From: Alphaproteobacteria bacterium
GTDB lineage: Bacteria; Pseudomonadota; Alphaproteobacteria; UBA8317
NCBI GenBank assembly: GCA_038131935.1
Contig: JAYPQH010000027.1
Location: forward strand, 1 to 64,000
DNA length: 64,000 nt
Direction of reading: 5' to 3'
Both the position numbers and the translations under genes were made by a program. Position 1 is the first letter of the stretch. Every line of letters starts with the position of its first letter. The notes beneath the pieces are model-generated. The model did no database searches, was not told where the DNA came from, and worked only from the letters and a program-made list of their open reading frames with translations. Below are positions 10,078 to 18,910 of the stretch, one piece after another.

Positions 10078-11010
10078 TCACCAAATCTTATCAGCTAATA
10101 CGAGATAGATAGAAACCATCAACAGAAGCATGCCTATCAACTCATTGATTTTGATTTTTTCGCGAAACATGAGCAGCGAAACGAGCATGGAGAAGACCAA
10201 TTCTATTTGTCCAACTGCCTTCACTTCAGCAACTGTGGCCAATGCGAAGCCTATAAACCATCCAATGGTTGCGCCGGTTCCTGAGATACCAACAATCACA
10301 CAATCAGATAAATTTTGAGTGATACGAAACAATTGTTCTCTATGGTAGACGTAAAGATACAGTCCGAAGCAAATGGTTTGGATGGTGAGTGATAAGACAG
10401 AAATGGTCAAAGACTTGTTCAAAACATCGCCCTCAAGCGAAAGCATGGAGAGACGGAAAAAAACCTGCGCAAGCGTGATGGCAATACCTGCGAGTAAACC
10501 ATAAAGACTACCCAAAGATACGAATGATGAAATTAGCGCATGAAATGTCTTAAAAATATTGTTGCTGGTCTTGGCAAAAGAGAGAAAAAGTACCGAGATA
10601 GATGCCAGAATAAAGCCAAGGCCTGTGAGGTGGGAAAAAACAATCCCAAGGAAGAAAATTTCAATAAATCCTGCCAAAATAACATCTATTTTGGAAAAAG
10701 CAGTTCCTGTTGCAAAGCTTTTTTTTGTAAATGCAGCCATCAACGCAATGGTAAAGACGACTTGGAAGAATGATCCAAGAAGGCAGTACATCAGCGCTGT
10801 TTGAGAGATTTCAAGGGGCTGTTTGGATTCTATGAAAAGATAGAGTACCCAAAGTCCAAATGTGAACGTCAGCGCCATGATAAATCTTTTATAGGCGGCC
10901 GCATACTGGCCCATATCAGGAATAAGTCGCTTTTGAAAAGCAGAACGTGATGTTTGGCAAGCTGCTGCAATGATCGCTGCGCCAACCCAGATAAGGTCAT
11001 GTGGTTGCAT
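10078..11010 (-). CDS. EamA/DMT family transporter
   Basis: About 10 TM segments; VKAVGQIELVFS...FREK motif. Confidence 0.8.
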   Translation of the reverse strand: MQPHDLIWVGAAIIAAACQTSRSAFQKRLIPDMGQYAAAYKRFIMALTFTFGLWVLYLFIESKQPLEISQTALMYCLLGSFFQVVFTIALMAAFTKKSFATGTAFSKIDVILAGFIEIFFLGIVFSHLTGLGFILASISVLFLSFAKTSNNIFKTFHALISSFVSLGSLYGLLAGIAITLAQVFFRLSMLSLEGDVLNKSLTISVLSLTIQTICFGLYLYVYHREQLFRITQNLSDCVIVGISGTGATIGWFIGFALATVAEVKAVGQIELVFSMLVSLLMFREKIKINELIGMLLLMVSIYLVLADKIW

Positions 11011-11114
11011 GATGGTCTCGAGGCAGTAGGAAACAAGAATTCAAAGAAGTTCCTAATGAACAAATTCCTATTTCGTGAGTTGGAAATAAGATATCATAAG
11101 GCGAACAGTCTGCT

Positions 11115-12164
11115 TTAGGCAAATGAAACAAACACACCCTTTCCTGTTTTGCCTTCATCAAACAGTTCATAGGCTTTCGCTGCATCCATGATATCCCACT
11201 TATGGGTGAACAAATCATCAAGGTTGATCTTTTTTCGTGCCACAAAATCAGCACAGTCAGCCAGCAATGTTTTGGAAAAGGTCCAACTGCCAACAATGTT
11301 GAGCTGTTTAAAAATAAGATCTGGCATGACTTCTATATGAAGATCGCCTCCCACGCCAACCATACAAGACGTGCCCCAAATTCGAGTTGCTTGTACCGCA
11401 GCTCTGCGGGCGTCAACTGATGATGTGCAGTCTAGACTCTTATCAGCCCCTTCTCCCCTTGTAAGGGTACGAATGGCATCGACGGGATCATCAGATGTAG
11501 GATCTATCACAATATCCGCACCCCATTGGAGGGCCTGTTTGCGACGTTCTGCAGAAGTTTCTACGGCAATAACACGTACCCCCATTGCAACAGCTAATAA
11601 TGTTGCAGACAGTCCGACAGGACCTTGCCCAAAAATTGCTAAGGTTTCATCACCAGCAACGTCAATACGTTTCAAGGCGGCAAAAGCTGTTCCTGTGCCG
11701 CAAGAGATAGCGGCACCTGCGGGAAAAGATAGGTTGTCTGGCAAAGGAACGAGCGAATGTGCCGCCACCTTCATATATTGGGCATGGGCGCCATGCCCAC
11801 CATAACCATAAGCAACCGCACCTTCGAGACACATTTGGGTCCATCCCGTGTTGCAATGTCGGCAGGTTCTACAGCCATCATAATGATGGTTCATTACCCG
11901 GTCACCAATTTTGGCCATGCGGTTATCCACGGCACTACCAACGGCCACCACAACACCAGAAGGTTCGTGCCCTCCGATGGTAGGGCCAGTTATCTGTTGA
12001 ACCCCAACAGGAACGCGGCCTGATGGGCTGCGGTATGCACCCAAGTCAGTACCGCACATTCCTGACGCCTTCATTTCAATTATAACGTCCCCTGGTCCTG
12101 GGGTGGGGTCATCAAAATGCTGAACGGCAAGGCTGCGATGACCAGTAAAGGTAATACCTTTCAT
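11115..12164 (-). CDS. zinc-dependent (MDR) alcohol dehydrogenase, threonine-DH-like
   Basis: CGTD, GHEPSG, CxxCxxC...C structural Zn site and GQGPVG. Confidence 0.92.
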   Translation of the reverse strand: MKGITFTGHRSLAVQHFDDPTPGPGDVIIEMKASGMCGTDLGAYRSPSGRVPVGVQQITGPTIGGHEPSGVVVAVGSAVDNRMAKIGDRVMNHHYDGCRTCRHCNTGWTQMCLEGAVAYGYGGHGAHAQYMKVAAHSLVPLPDNLSFPAGAAISCGTGTAFAALKRIDVAGDETLAIFGQGPVGLSATLLAVAMGVRVIAVETSAERRKQALQWGADIVIDPTSDDPVDAIRTLTRGEGADKSLDCTSSVDARRAAVQATRIWGTSCMVGVGGDLHIEVMPDLIFKQLNIVGSWTFSKTLLADCADFVARKKINLDDLFTHKWDIMDAAKAYELFDEGKTGKGVFVSFA

Positions 12165-12335
12165 TGATTGCTCATCCTCAATCTGTTGCAGGAGAAATGG
12201 TCTTGCAAAAGATGATGGTAGATAAGTTTCCATCTCGCAACAGGTTTATGCACTGATCAATGGCTTGAGAGATCTTTTCAATGAAGAAATTTTCGTGGAT
12301 GCTGATCAGAACATAAAAAAGGGGTAGGACAAGAG

Positions 12336-12752
12336 ATGACATTGCTTGATTTTGATCACATGGTTTTGACGGTTAGAGATCTTCAGAGATCCGTTGCATT
12401 TTATGAACAACTGGGCATGCAGCATAAAAAATTCACTTATAACGACGGTCGTGAGCGACATGCGGTTTATTTTGGGAACAGAAAGATCAACCTTCATCCT
12501 TTGGATAAAATTGGCACCGAATATGTCTTGGTTGCGGAGAAACCTACATCAGGTTCTGCAGATATTTGTTTCCTAACCGAAGATCCCCTGGATACATGGA
12601 TGGACCTTCTGAAAAAACATGAGATTCCTATTATTGAAGGACCCGTGGAGCGTCATGGTGCGGTTCATGGATTGTTGTCCATCTATATTCGTGACCCAGA
12701 TGGAAACCTCTTGGAAATTGCAAACAAAAGGGAGGCTGGATCAGATGATTGA
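12336..12752 (+). CDS. VOC / glyoxalase family protein
   Basis: DHMVLTV, GSADICF, EGPVERHGA, SIYIRDPDGNLLE. Confidence 0.9.
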   Translation: MTLLDFDHMVLTVRDLQRSVAFYEQLGMQHKKFTYNDGRERHAVYFGNRKINLHPLDKIGTEYVLVAEKPTSGSADICFLTEDPLDTWMDLLKKHEIPIIEGPVERHGAVHGLLSIYIRDPDGNLLEIANKREAGSDD

Positions 12753-14295
12753 GGCCCAAGAAAACAAAAGTCAAAATGTCATCCCCTTTTTGCGTTTGGA
12801 TCAAGAAGACAATGTTTTGATCGCGAAAGAAGACATCACCAAAGGCACCATTGCACCACAATGGGGTGGTGAACTTCGAGAAGATGTCTCCAAAGGACAT
12901 AAAATCGCATCAACCTTTATTGCAAAAAATGCACCGGTAAAAAAATACAATACAATCATCGGGTATGCCACACAGGACATCCAACCTGGGATGTGGGTGC
13001 ATAGCCATAATATGGAATTGGGAAACAGCACAAAAGACTATCGTTTTGGCGAAGATTATGTGCAGGCAGACCTTATTCCCTCGGCGCAACGCGCGCAGTT
13101 TCAAGGCATTGTGAGGAAAGATGGTCAGATAGGAACCCGGAACCATATAGGGATTTTTATCACGGTTAATTGTTCAGCAACTGTAGCACGTAAGCTGAGC
13201 GCTTATTTTGACGAAGAGCGGCTGGCAGCTTACCCTCAAGTTGATGGGGTGACAGCCTTTGTGCATCATCAAGGCTGCGGCATGGAAATGACCGGTGAAC
13301 CCATGGATCTTCTGCGCCGAACCTTATCGGGATATATCCGTCATCCCAATATTGCTGGGGCCGTTGTTTTGTCACTGGGATGTGAGCGCAACAATGTCAA
13401 ACGTTTCATGGAACAGGAGAGCCTAGAGGCAGGAAAAATGTTGCATGTGATTACCATGCAGGATGTTGGTGGTACGATGTCTGCTTTTGATTTGGGGAAA
13501 AAAGCTATCTGGTCGATGTTGGAAGAAGCCAACAAAATTGAGCGGCAACCATGTTCAGCAGAGCATATCAAAGTGGGTTTGCAATGTGGTGGGTCTGATG
13601 GGTTTTCAGCGCTGTCAGCCAATCCCGCTTTGGGAAAGGCGGTTGATATTCTCGTCCGTCATGGTGGCACAGCTATTTTAAGCGAGACACCAGAACTTTA
13701 TGGCATGGAACATACCCTTAGTGCACGCGCACGCACAAAAGACGTGGGCCAAAAATTCATAGATCGGATGAATTGGTGGCTGGAATATAATGAAGGACGA
13801 GACACCCAAATCAATGGTCGTGTAAGTCCAGGTAATCATGCCGGAGGTATTGCCAATATTGTGGAAAAATCTCTTGGAGGTGCTAAGAAAGGTGGCTCCA
13901 CCGGCGTCAATGAGGTGTATGAATACGCATATCCCATCACAGAACATGGTTTGGTCATCATGGATACCCCAGGTTATGATCCTGTGTCGGCTACCGGACA
14001 AATTGCTGGTGGCGCAAATATCATCTGTTTCACAACGGGTCGTGGTAGCTGCTTTGGTTCATATCCAGCACCTACAATCAAACTTGCATCCCATACGGGT
14101 CTTTATGAGCGGATGACCGGGGATATGGATATCAATTGTGGCCAAGTGATTGATGGACAAAAAAACCTTGATGAGATGGGTGAGGAAATTTTTGCAAAAA
14201 TCCTTGATATTGCAAGTGGAACAGCGTCAAAGTCTGAGGCTATTGGTGTGGGTGAAGATGAATTCGTACCTTGGCAGATTGGTGTTCTCGCTTGA
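12745..14295 (+). CDS. UxaA/GarD family dehydratase (SAF + altronate/galactarate dehydratase domain)
   Basis: GHKIA and HSHN in the SAF domain; GTRN, HHQGCG, LGCE, CGGSDGFS, EKSLG, FTTGRGS. Confidence 0.9.
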   Translation: MIEAQENKSQNVIPFLRLDQEDNVLIAKEDITKGTIAPQWGGELREDVSKGHKIASTFIAKNAPVKKYNTIIGYATQDIQPGMWVHSHNMELGNSTKDYRFGEDYVQADLIPSAQRAQFQGIVRKDGQIGTRNHIGIFITVNCSATVARKLSAYFDEERLAAYPQVDGVTAFVHHQGCGMEMTGEPMDLLRRTLSGYIRHPNIAGAVVLSLGCERNNVKRFMEQESLEAGKMLHVITMQDVGGTMSAFDLGKKAIWSMLEEANKIERQPCSAEHIKVGLQCGGSDGFSALSANPALGKAVDILVRHGGTAILSETPELYGMEHTLSARARTKDVGQKFIDRMNWWLEYNEGRDTQINGRVSPGNHAGGIANIVEKSLGGAKKGGSTGVNEVYEYAYPITEHGLVIMDTPGYDPVSATGQIAGGANIICFTTGRGSCFGSYPAPTIKLASHTGLYERMTGDMDINCGQVIDGQKNLDEMGEEIFAKILDIASGTASKSEAIGVGEDEFVPWQIGVLA

Positions 14296-14320
14296 AACGT
14301 AAGTAAGTAAAAATACCCCA

Positions 14321-14370
14321 GTCTTTGATCCCAGCGCTGGACTATTTTCAACGCTGGGGATCGACGTTTT
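14321..14370 (+). terminator. stem-loop downstream of the UxaA-family gene, probable intrinsic terminator
   Basis: GATCCCAGCG...CGCTGGGGATC stem followed by a T-run. Confidence 0.5.
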
Positions 14371-14642
14371 TGAATTGTTTGGCCCTGAACAACTCAAACA
14401 GGAAACCAAAATGTAATTGGTATGGCTCTATTATTGGTATCCAAGATAGCAATGGCGTCATTACATTTCTCAGCTTGAGTAAGCTACTATATAGATCGAA
14501 GAGAAAGGGTATGTTTTGTTGGCTTGTAGAGAACAAAAATTGATCTGTTTTGCATATGTCTTGATGCGATGTTATTAACGATAAAGAGTCTTATTGGCGA
14601 GATAAGGCTTATGATTTTACGTAACATGAGGCATGATAACTG

Positions 14643-15086
14643 ATGACATGGACAATCTATCTCTCTGGTGAAATCCATACAGATTGGCGCGAGCTTATTA
14701 TGAATGGCTGCGCAGCACGTGGGCTTGATGTGCTTTTCACCTCAGCTGTTACAGATCACCCTGCTTCTGATGCAGCAGGTGATGTCTTGGGAAGTGAGGA
14801 CAAGGCATTCTGGCGTGATCATAAATCAGCAAAAGTAAACGCGATAAGGATTAAAAACCTTATTGAACAAGCGGATTTTGCTGTAATTCGATTTGGGAGT
14901 CAGTACAAACAATGGAATGCTGCATTTGATGCGGGTTTTTGCGCCGCTTCAGGCACACCTTACATCACGTTACATGATGAGGATATCATTCATCCCTTAA
15001 AGGAAGTTGATGCGTCAGCCATGGCTTGGGCGACCACCGTAGACCAAGTTGTGGAAATCATTGCTTATGTTGTTGCCCAAAAATAA
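14643..15086 (+). CDS. YtoQ family protein
   Basis: YLSGEIHTDWRE, YKQWNAAFDAG and HPLKEVD motifs. Confidence 0.9.
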   Translation: MTWTIYLSGEIHTDWRELIMNGCAARGLDVLFTSAVTDHPASDAAGDVLGSEDKAFWRDHKSAKVNAIRIKNLIEQADFAVIRFGSQYKQWNAAFDAGFCAASGTPYITLHDEDIIHPLKEVDASAMAWATTVDQVVEIIAYVVAQK

Positions 15087-15163
15087 AAATTTTGAGCAAT
15101 GAGACGCCATGCTGGCGTCTATAAATCGTAACTTGAGGACTCCAAAACATATTTCGTTTGAGA

Positions 15164-15670
15164 TTAGTGGGCGTCTTCAATGAATGGGAAGCGTTGAACC
15201 TTCTCCATATTTTGTTCCTCAATCCGGATGAGCTTGGTTGAGGCATGTCGCTCTGGGGAATGCACGTCTCCTGGTTCGTAGACATGTACATCACCTGGTG
15301 CCAAATGGTAACTTTTTGTTAATTGGACAATACCAGGTTGGTCCTCATTTGGCGCAGATAAGACTTTGTAATCCCGCATATGGGTCTCACCTTCCACTTG
15401 CCCATAAATAGCCCAACAATGTGCATGGTCATGGGGAGGAGAGGTTCGTGCTCCCTCATATTGATGGGCAAGAATGCAGAAGTGAAGTTCTTCATCCTCG
15501 TACAAAATATGACGGTCCGGCATGGGTTGGGCAAAAATGTCCGACACAAATGCTTTGTCGTGAAGCAATTGGCTGAGTAGGGCTGCTACATCTTGCCTGG
15601 CTTCGACACCGGGCTTGGTTGAAAGAAGTTGTCTTGTCTGTTGGGCAAATTGCAAAAGTTTTTCGTTCAT
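15164..15670 (-). CDS. cupin, cysteine/thiol dioxygenase-like
   Basis: PPHDHAHCWAIYG...VHSP gives a 3-His metal site; divergent from the rhodanese gene. Confidence 0.7.
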   Translation of the reverse strand: MNEKLLQFAQQTRQLLSTKPGVEARQDVAALLSQLLHDKAFVSDIFAQPMPDRHILYEDEELHFCILAHQYEGARTSPPHDHAHCWAIYGQVEGETHMRDYKVLSAPNEDQPGIVQLTKSYHLAPGDVHVYEPGDVHSPERHASTKLIRIEEQNMEKVQRFPFIEDAH

Positions 15671-15790
15671 TTCTTTGATCCCCTCACCTTGATCCATCAT
15701 CGCATATGGGGGCGCTATTTGCTTGCATGCCTGCGCTCCTGCGTTCTACAAAATAAAAGCGTATTTTAAGACAACGATCAATGGAGAATA

Positions 15791-17386
15791 ATGATGGTCG
15801 ATTTGATTTCCCCAAAAAGCCTTAATGAATGGATTTTTGATGGCGAAGAATTGGCCCTTATCGATGTTCGCGAAGCTGGCCAATTTGGTGAAGGCCATTT
15901 GTTGTTTGCAATTCCTATCGCATTTTCTGAATTGGAAAATAGAATCCACAAAATGGTTCCCCGAAAAGATACCAGGATCGTGCTCTGTGCTGAAGCTGGG
16001 TCCGAGGTAATTGATCGCGCTGCAGCATGCTTACAGGACTTGGATTATGGTCATATCGCTATCCTTGATGGCGGGGTTGAAGCTTGGAGTGAAGCAGGAT
16101 TTACGCTGTTTAAGGGTGTTTTTGTTCCCTCCAAACTTTTTGGCGAAATGGTGGAAGAAGTCTACCATACACCACATATTTCCGCGCAGGAGTTGAAAGA
16201 TCTACAAGATAGAGATGCCAATATTTTGTTGCTCGATGGCCGTCCGAAAAGTGAGTTTAAGGCAATGACGCTGCCGGGAAGTACCTGTTGTCCCAATGCA
16301 GAGCTCCCCCGTCGCTTGCATCAACTAACCTCTGATCCTGATACGATGGTTGTTGTTCATTGTGCAGGCCGAACGAGATCTATTTTGGGTGCACAGACAT
16401 TGATCAATTTTGGTGTATCACAGAATGTTGTGGCGTTGGAAAATGGCACCCAAGGTTGGGCATTGATTGATCTGCCCTGGCAGCATGGAGCAACGGCATT
16501 CTATCCAGAAATTGATGATGGTGATTTGGAAGCTCAGCGAGCCCAAGCTCGTGCCATGGTTGAGAATTTACCGGTTCCTTTTTTGTCAGCTGATGATGCT
16601 GAGCGCTTGTTGTCATCCAAGGAGCACAGTCATTTCATTTTAGATGTACGTACACCTGAGGAATTTAAATTGGGTAGTTTGCCAGGCGCACAACATGCTG
16701 AGGGTGGACAGCTGATACAATCAACAGATCGGTATGTTGGTGTCCGTCATGGTAAAATATATTTATGGGATAACGAAGAACTTGTTCGCGCACCAGTGGT
16801 GGCGCATTGGTTGGCACAAATGGGCCATGATGTGTCAGTGTTAACGCAAGCTCCACGCCTATCTCTTGCCCATATTGAAGCCCAAAAACATCATGTTGAG
16901 CCAATCTCAATTGCAGCCTTGCGGTCTATGCAGGAAGCACGTGAAAATCTTGTTATTTTGGATCTACGGCCAAGCATGGATCATATTCAAGATGCCATAC
17001 CTGGAAGCATCTGGATTACCCGTGCACATCTGCATGTTCATCTGGAATCTCTTCAAAAAAACAAGCAAGTCATTTTGGTTGGGGATGATGATAAAGTTGC
17101 TTTGGTAGCGGGTGATTTGCAGAAATCAGGCCTTTCATGTGTGCAGTTGCAAGGTGGGATGCAGGCATGGGCTGAAGCGGGATTGGCAACCCAACCCAAC
17201 CCCAGCCAATTAACAGACAAAGATTGTATTGATTATTTATTCTTTGTTCATGACCGTCATCAAGGCAACAAGGACGCCATGCGTGCCTACTTAAGTTGGG
17301 AGCTTGGACTTATTGCCCAAGCTTCAGAACAGGAGTTGCAGAGTTACCCTCTTTGGCAGTTAAAAAACAACTTAAGCACGTCTTAA
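15791..17386 (+). CDS. multi-domain (four) rhodanese sulfurtransferase
   Basis: IDVRE, LDGRP, LDVRT and LDLRP domain starts; HCAGRTRS active-site loop; L[DQ]GGxxAW ends. Confidence 0.88.
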   Translation: MMVDLISPKSLNEWIFDGEELALIDVREAGQFGEGHLLFAIPIAFSELENRIHKMVPRKDTRIVLCAEAGSEVIDRAAACLQDLDYGHIAILDGGVEAWSEAGFTLFKGVFVPSKLFGEMVEEVYHTPHISAQELKDLQDRDANILLLDGRPKSEFKAMTLPGSTCCPNAELPRRLHQLTSDPDTMVVVHCAGRTRSILGAQTLINFGVSQNVVALENGTQGWALIDLPWQHGATAFYPEIDDGDLEAQRAQARAMVENLPVPFLSADDAERLLSSKEHSHFILDVRTPEEFKLGSLPGAQHAEGGQLIQSTDRYVGVRHGKIYLWDNEELVRAPVVAHWLAQMGHDVSVLTQAPRLSLAHIEAQKHHVEPISIAALRSMQEARENLVILDLRPSMDHIQDAIPGSIWITRAHLHVHLESLQKNKQVILVGDDDKVALVAGDLQKSGLSCVQLQGGMQAWAEAGLATQPNPSQLTDKDCIDYLFFVHDRHQGNKDAMRAYLSWELGLIAQASEQELQSYPLWQLKNNLSTS

Positions 17387-17472
17387 TATTTTGGATTTCA
17401 TGTTGTTTAAAGTATCAATCAAGTGGGCTAATTTGGCGTAAAATGGGCTTATTCTGTTTGTTCCCATAAAAC

Positions 17473-17488
17473 CGGCATAAGCTTTGCA
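17473..17488 (+). promoter_or_regulatory. putative sigma54 (-24/-12) promoter
   Basis: CGGCATAAGCTTTGCA: GG-N10-GC with GGCA and TTGCA, about 60 bp before the 17548 start. Confidence 0.65.
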
Positions 17489-17547
17489 AGACCAAAAACA
17501 GATCGTGACGGCAGGTTTCGATTTTTGTTTAGTTTTTTGCGGGTGTT

Positions 17548-18885
17548 GTGATGGTTGAATTGTTACAGAATGATGGTGCGGCAGTTGAAAACCGTGCTGA
17601 GGACAATATTCCTGATGTCCTTCTCATAGATGGTGTGGCTACCTTGCGCTCATTAGAACATGGTCAATTGCAACCTTTAACGCGCTTGTCCGCAACAAAA
17701 TTTGTGTTCACAACATCCCTCATCCCCTGCATGCGCGCAGTTCTTGAGCGTGGAACGATTACCAAAAAAGAGGCTGAATTATTTGATGAGGCTATACAAA
17801 AGCATTTGAGCGACGCCCTACTTGAGCAACTGAAATCAGAAGATGTTGCTGTATTAGAGCGTTTGCTCTTGCCTTTTGTTGAGGGTGACACTCAAGCAGC
17901 TGACAGGCGCCAAGTGCAGGAGCCTTTGGGTGTGGGTGAGCTGCTGCATGAAGCCTTGGCGACCTTGGAATCCTCGAAAAGGGTAACCCGTCCCATGGAG
18001 CAGCACCTCAAGATTGCTGTCTTGGTATTCCAGCAAATGATTGTTCCTGCCTTTGAACATATTTTGGCGTCGGGTGAAGTCGCCAAACATGATGCTGCAC
18101 TCATCAATGAAATTATCCAACATCATGTGGATGATGCCTTGCTTGATGCCATAGGGCCACAAGCAGTTGAGGTGATTGAGAAGCTTCTCCTTCCCTTTGC
18201 AGCAGATACAAATCCTATGGAATCGCAACAAAAAGATGTTGCAAAACTTTTTGCTGATGCCGTGGTGATGTTGGGGACAACCGTTGGTTCAGGGTTGGAG
18301 GATACAGAGAGATTGTCTTTGGCAAAATTTGCATTTCGCGACTTGGTGATGCCTGGTATTGAACAAGCCCTTCAAAACGGCCAATTGAGTGCTGCCGCCA
18401 GTGAAGATTTGAGATATATTCTGGGACAGCATGTGAATAACGATCTTTTAGACGCCATGACGCCACATTCAGTCAAGCTCATAGAAACAATTCTCACATC
18501 ACCTTTCTTTTCTATGAGTGATGAAGCTGGTACCCAGCATCCTTCAGAGGACAGGCTGGTTGAACATCATGTTGGGGATGTTGAGGCACAATTGCATGAA
18601 GCCATTATACGTTTAAGAGATGTAGATATCTCCTCAGAAAATTCGGCGTATTTATCCTACAAAGTATTTCAAGACATTGTTCTTGAAGCCATTCGCCAAT
18701 TGACCAAAGACACTGAAGCTTCCGAAAACTTAGCTGCATTGACCGGGGCAATTTTCTCAAACCATTGCAGTGTTGAGGTGGTCAATTTGTTTGATGAAAA
18801 AACCAAAGCGGAGCTCAAAGATTTCTTTGGCAGACCCCATATGCGCGGACATATCGACGAGCAGCTTTTGCTGCATGTTGCATAG
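17548..18885 (+). CDS. uncharacterised protein of four tandem ~85-aa alpha-helical repeats
   Basis: Long uninterrupted ORF with internal repeats ending ERLLLPF / EKLLLPF / ETILTSPF / KDFFGRP; no family I recognise. Confidence 0.85.
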   Translation: MMVELLQNDGAAVENRAEDNIPDVLLIDGVATLRSLEHGQLQPLTRLSATKFVFTTSLIPCMRAVLERGTITKKEAELFDEAIQKHLSDALLEQLKSEDVAVLERLLLPFVEGDTQAADRRQVQEPLGVGELLHEALATLESSKRVTRPMEQHLKIAVLVFQQMIVPAFEHILASGEVAKHDAALINEIIQHHVDDALLDAIGPQAVEVIEKLLLPFAADTNPMESQQKDVAKLFADAVVMLGTTVGSGLEDTERLSLAKFAFRDLVMPGIEQALQNGQLSAAASEDLRYILGQHVNNDLLDAMTPHSVKLIETILTSPFFSMSDEAGTQHPSEDRLVEHHVGDVEAQLHEAIIRLRDVDISSENSAYLSYKVFQDIVLEAIRQLTKDTEASENLAALTGAIFSNHCSVEVVNLFDEKTKAELKDFFGRPHMRGHIDEQLLLHVA

Positions 18886-18910
18886 TCTTGAGTAAAGGAC
18901 ATCAGAAACC

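Noticed and set aside
14325-14678. Short ORFs in the uxaA-ytoQ gap
   Set aside because: Alternative start codons, no RBS or recognisable motifs, and mutually overlapping.
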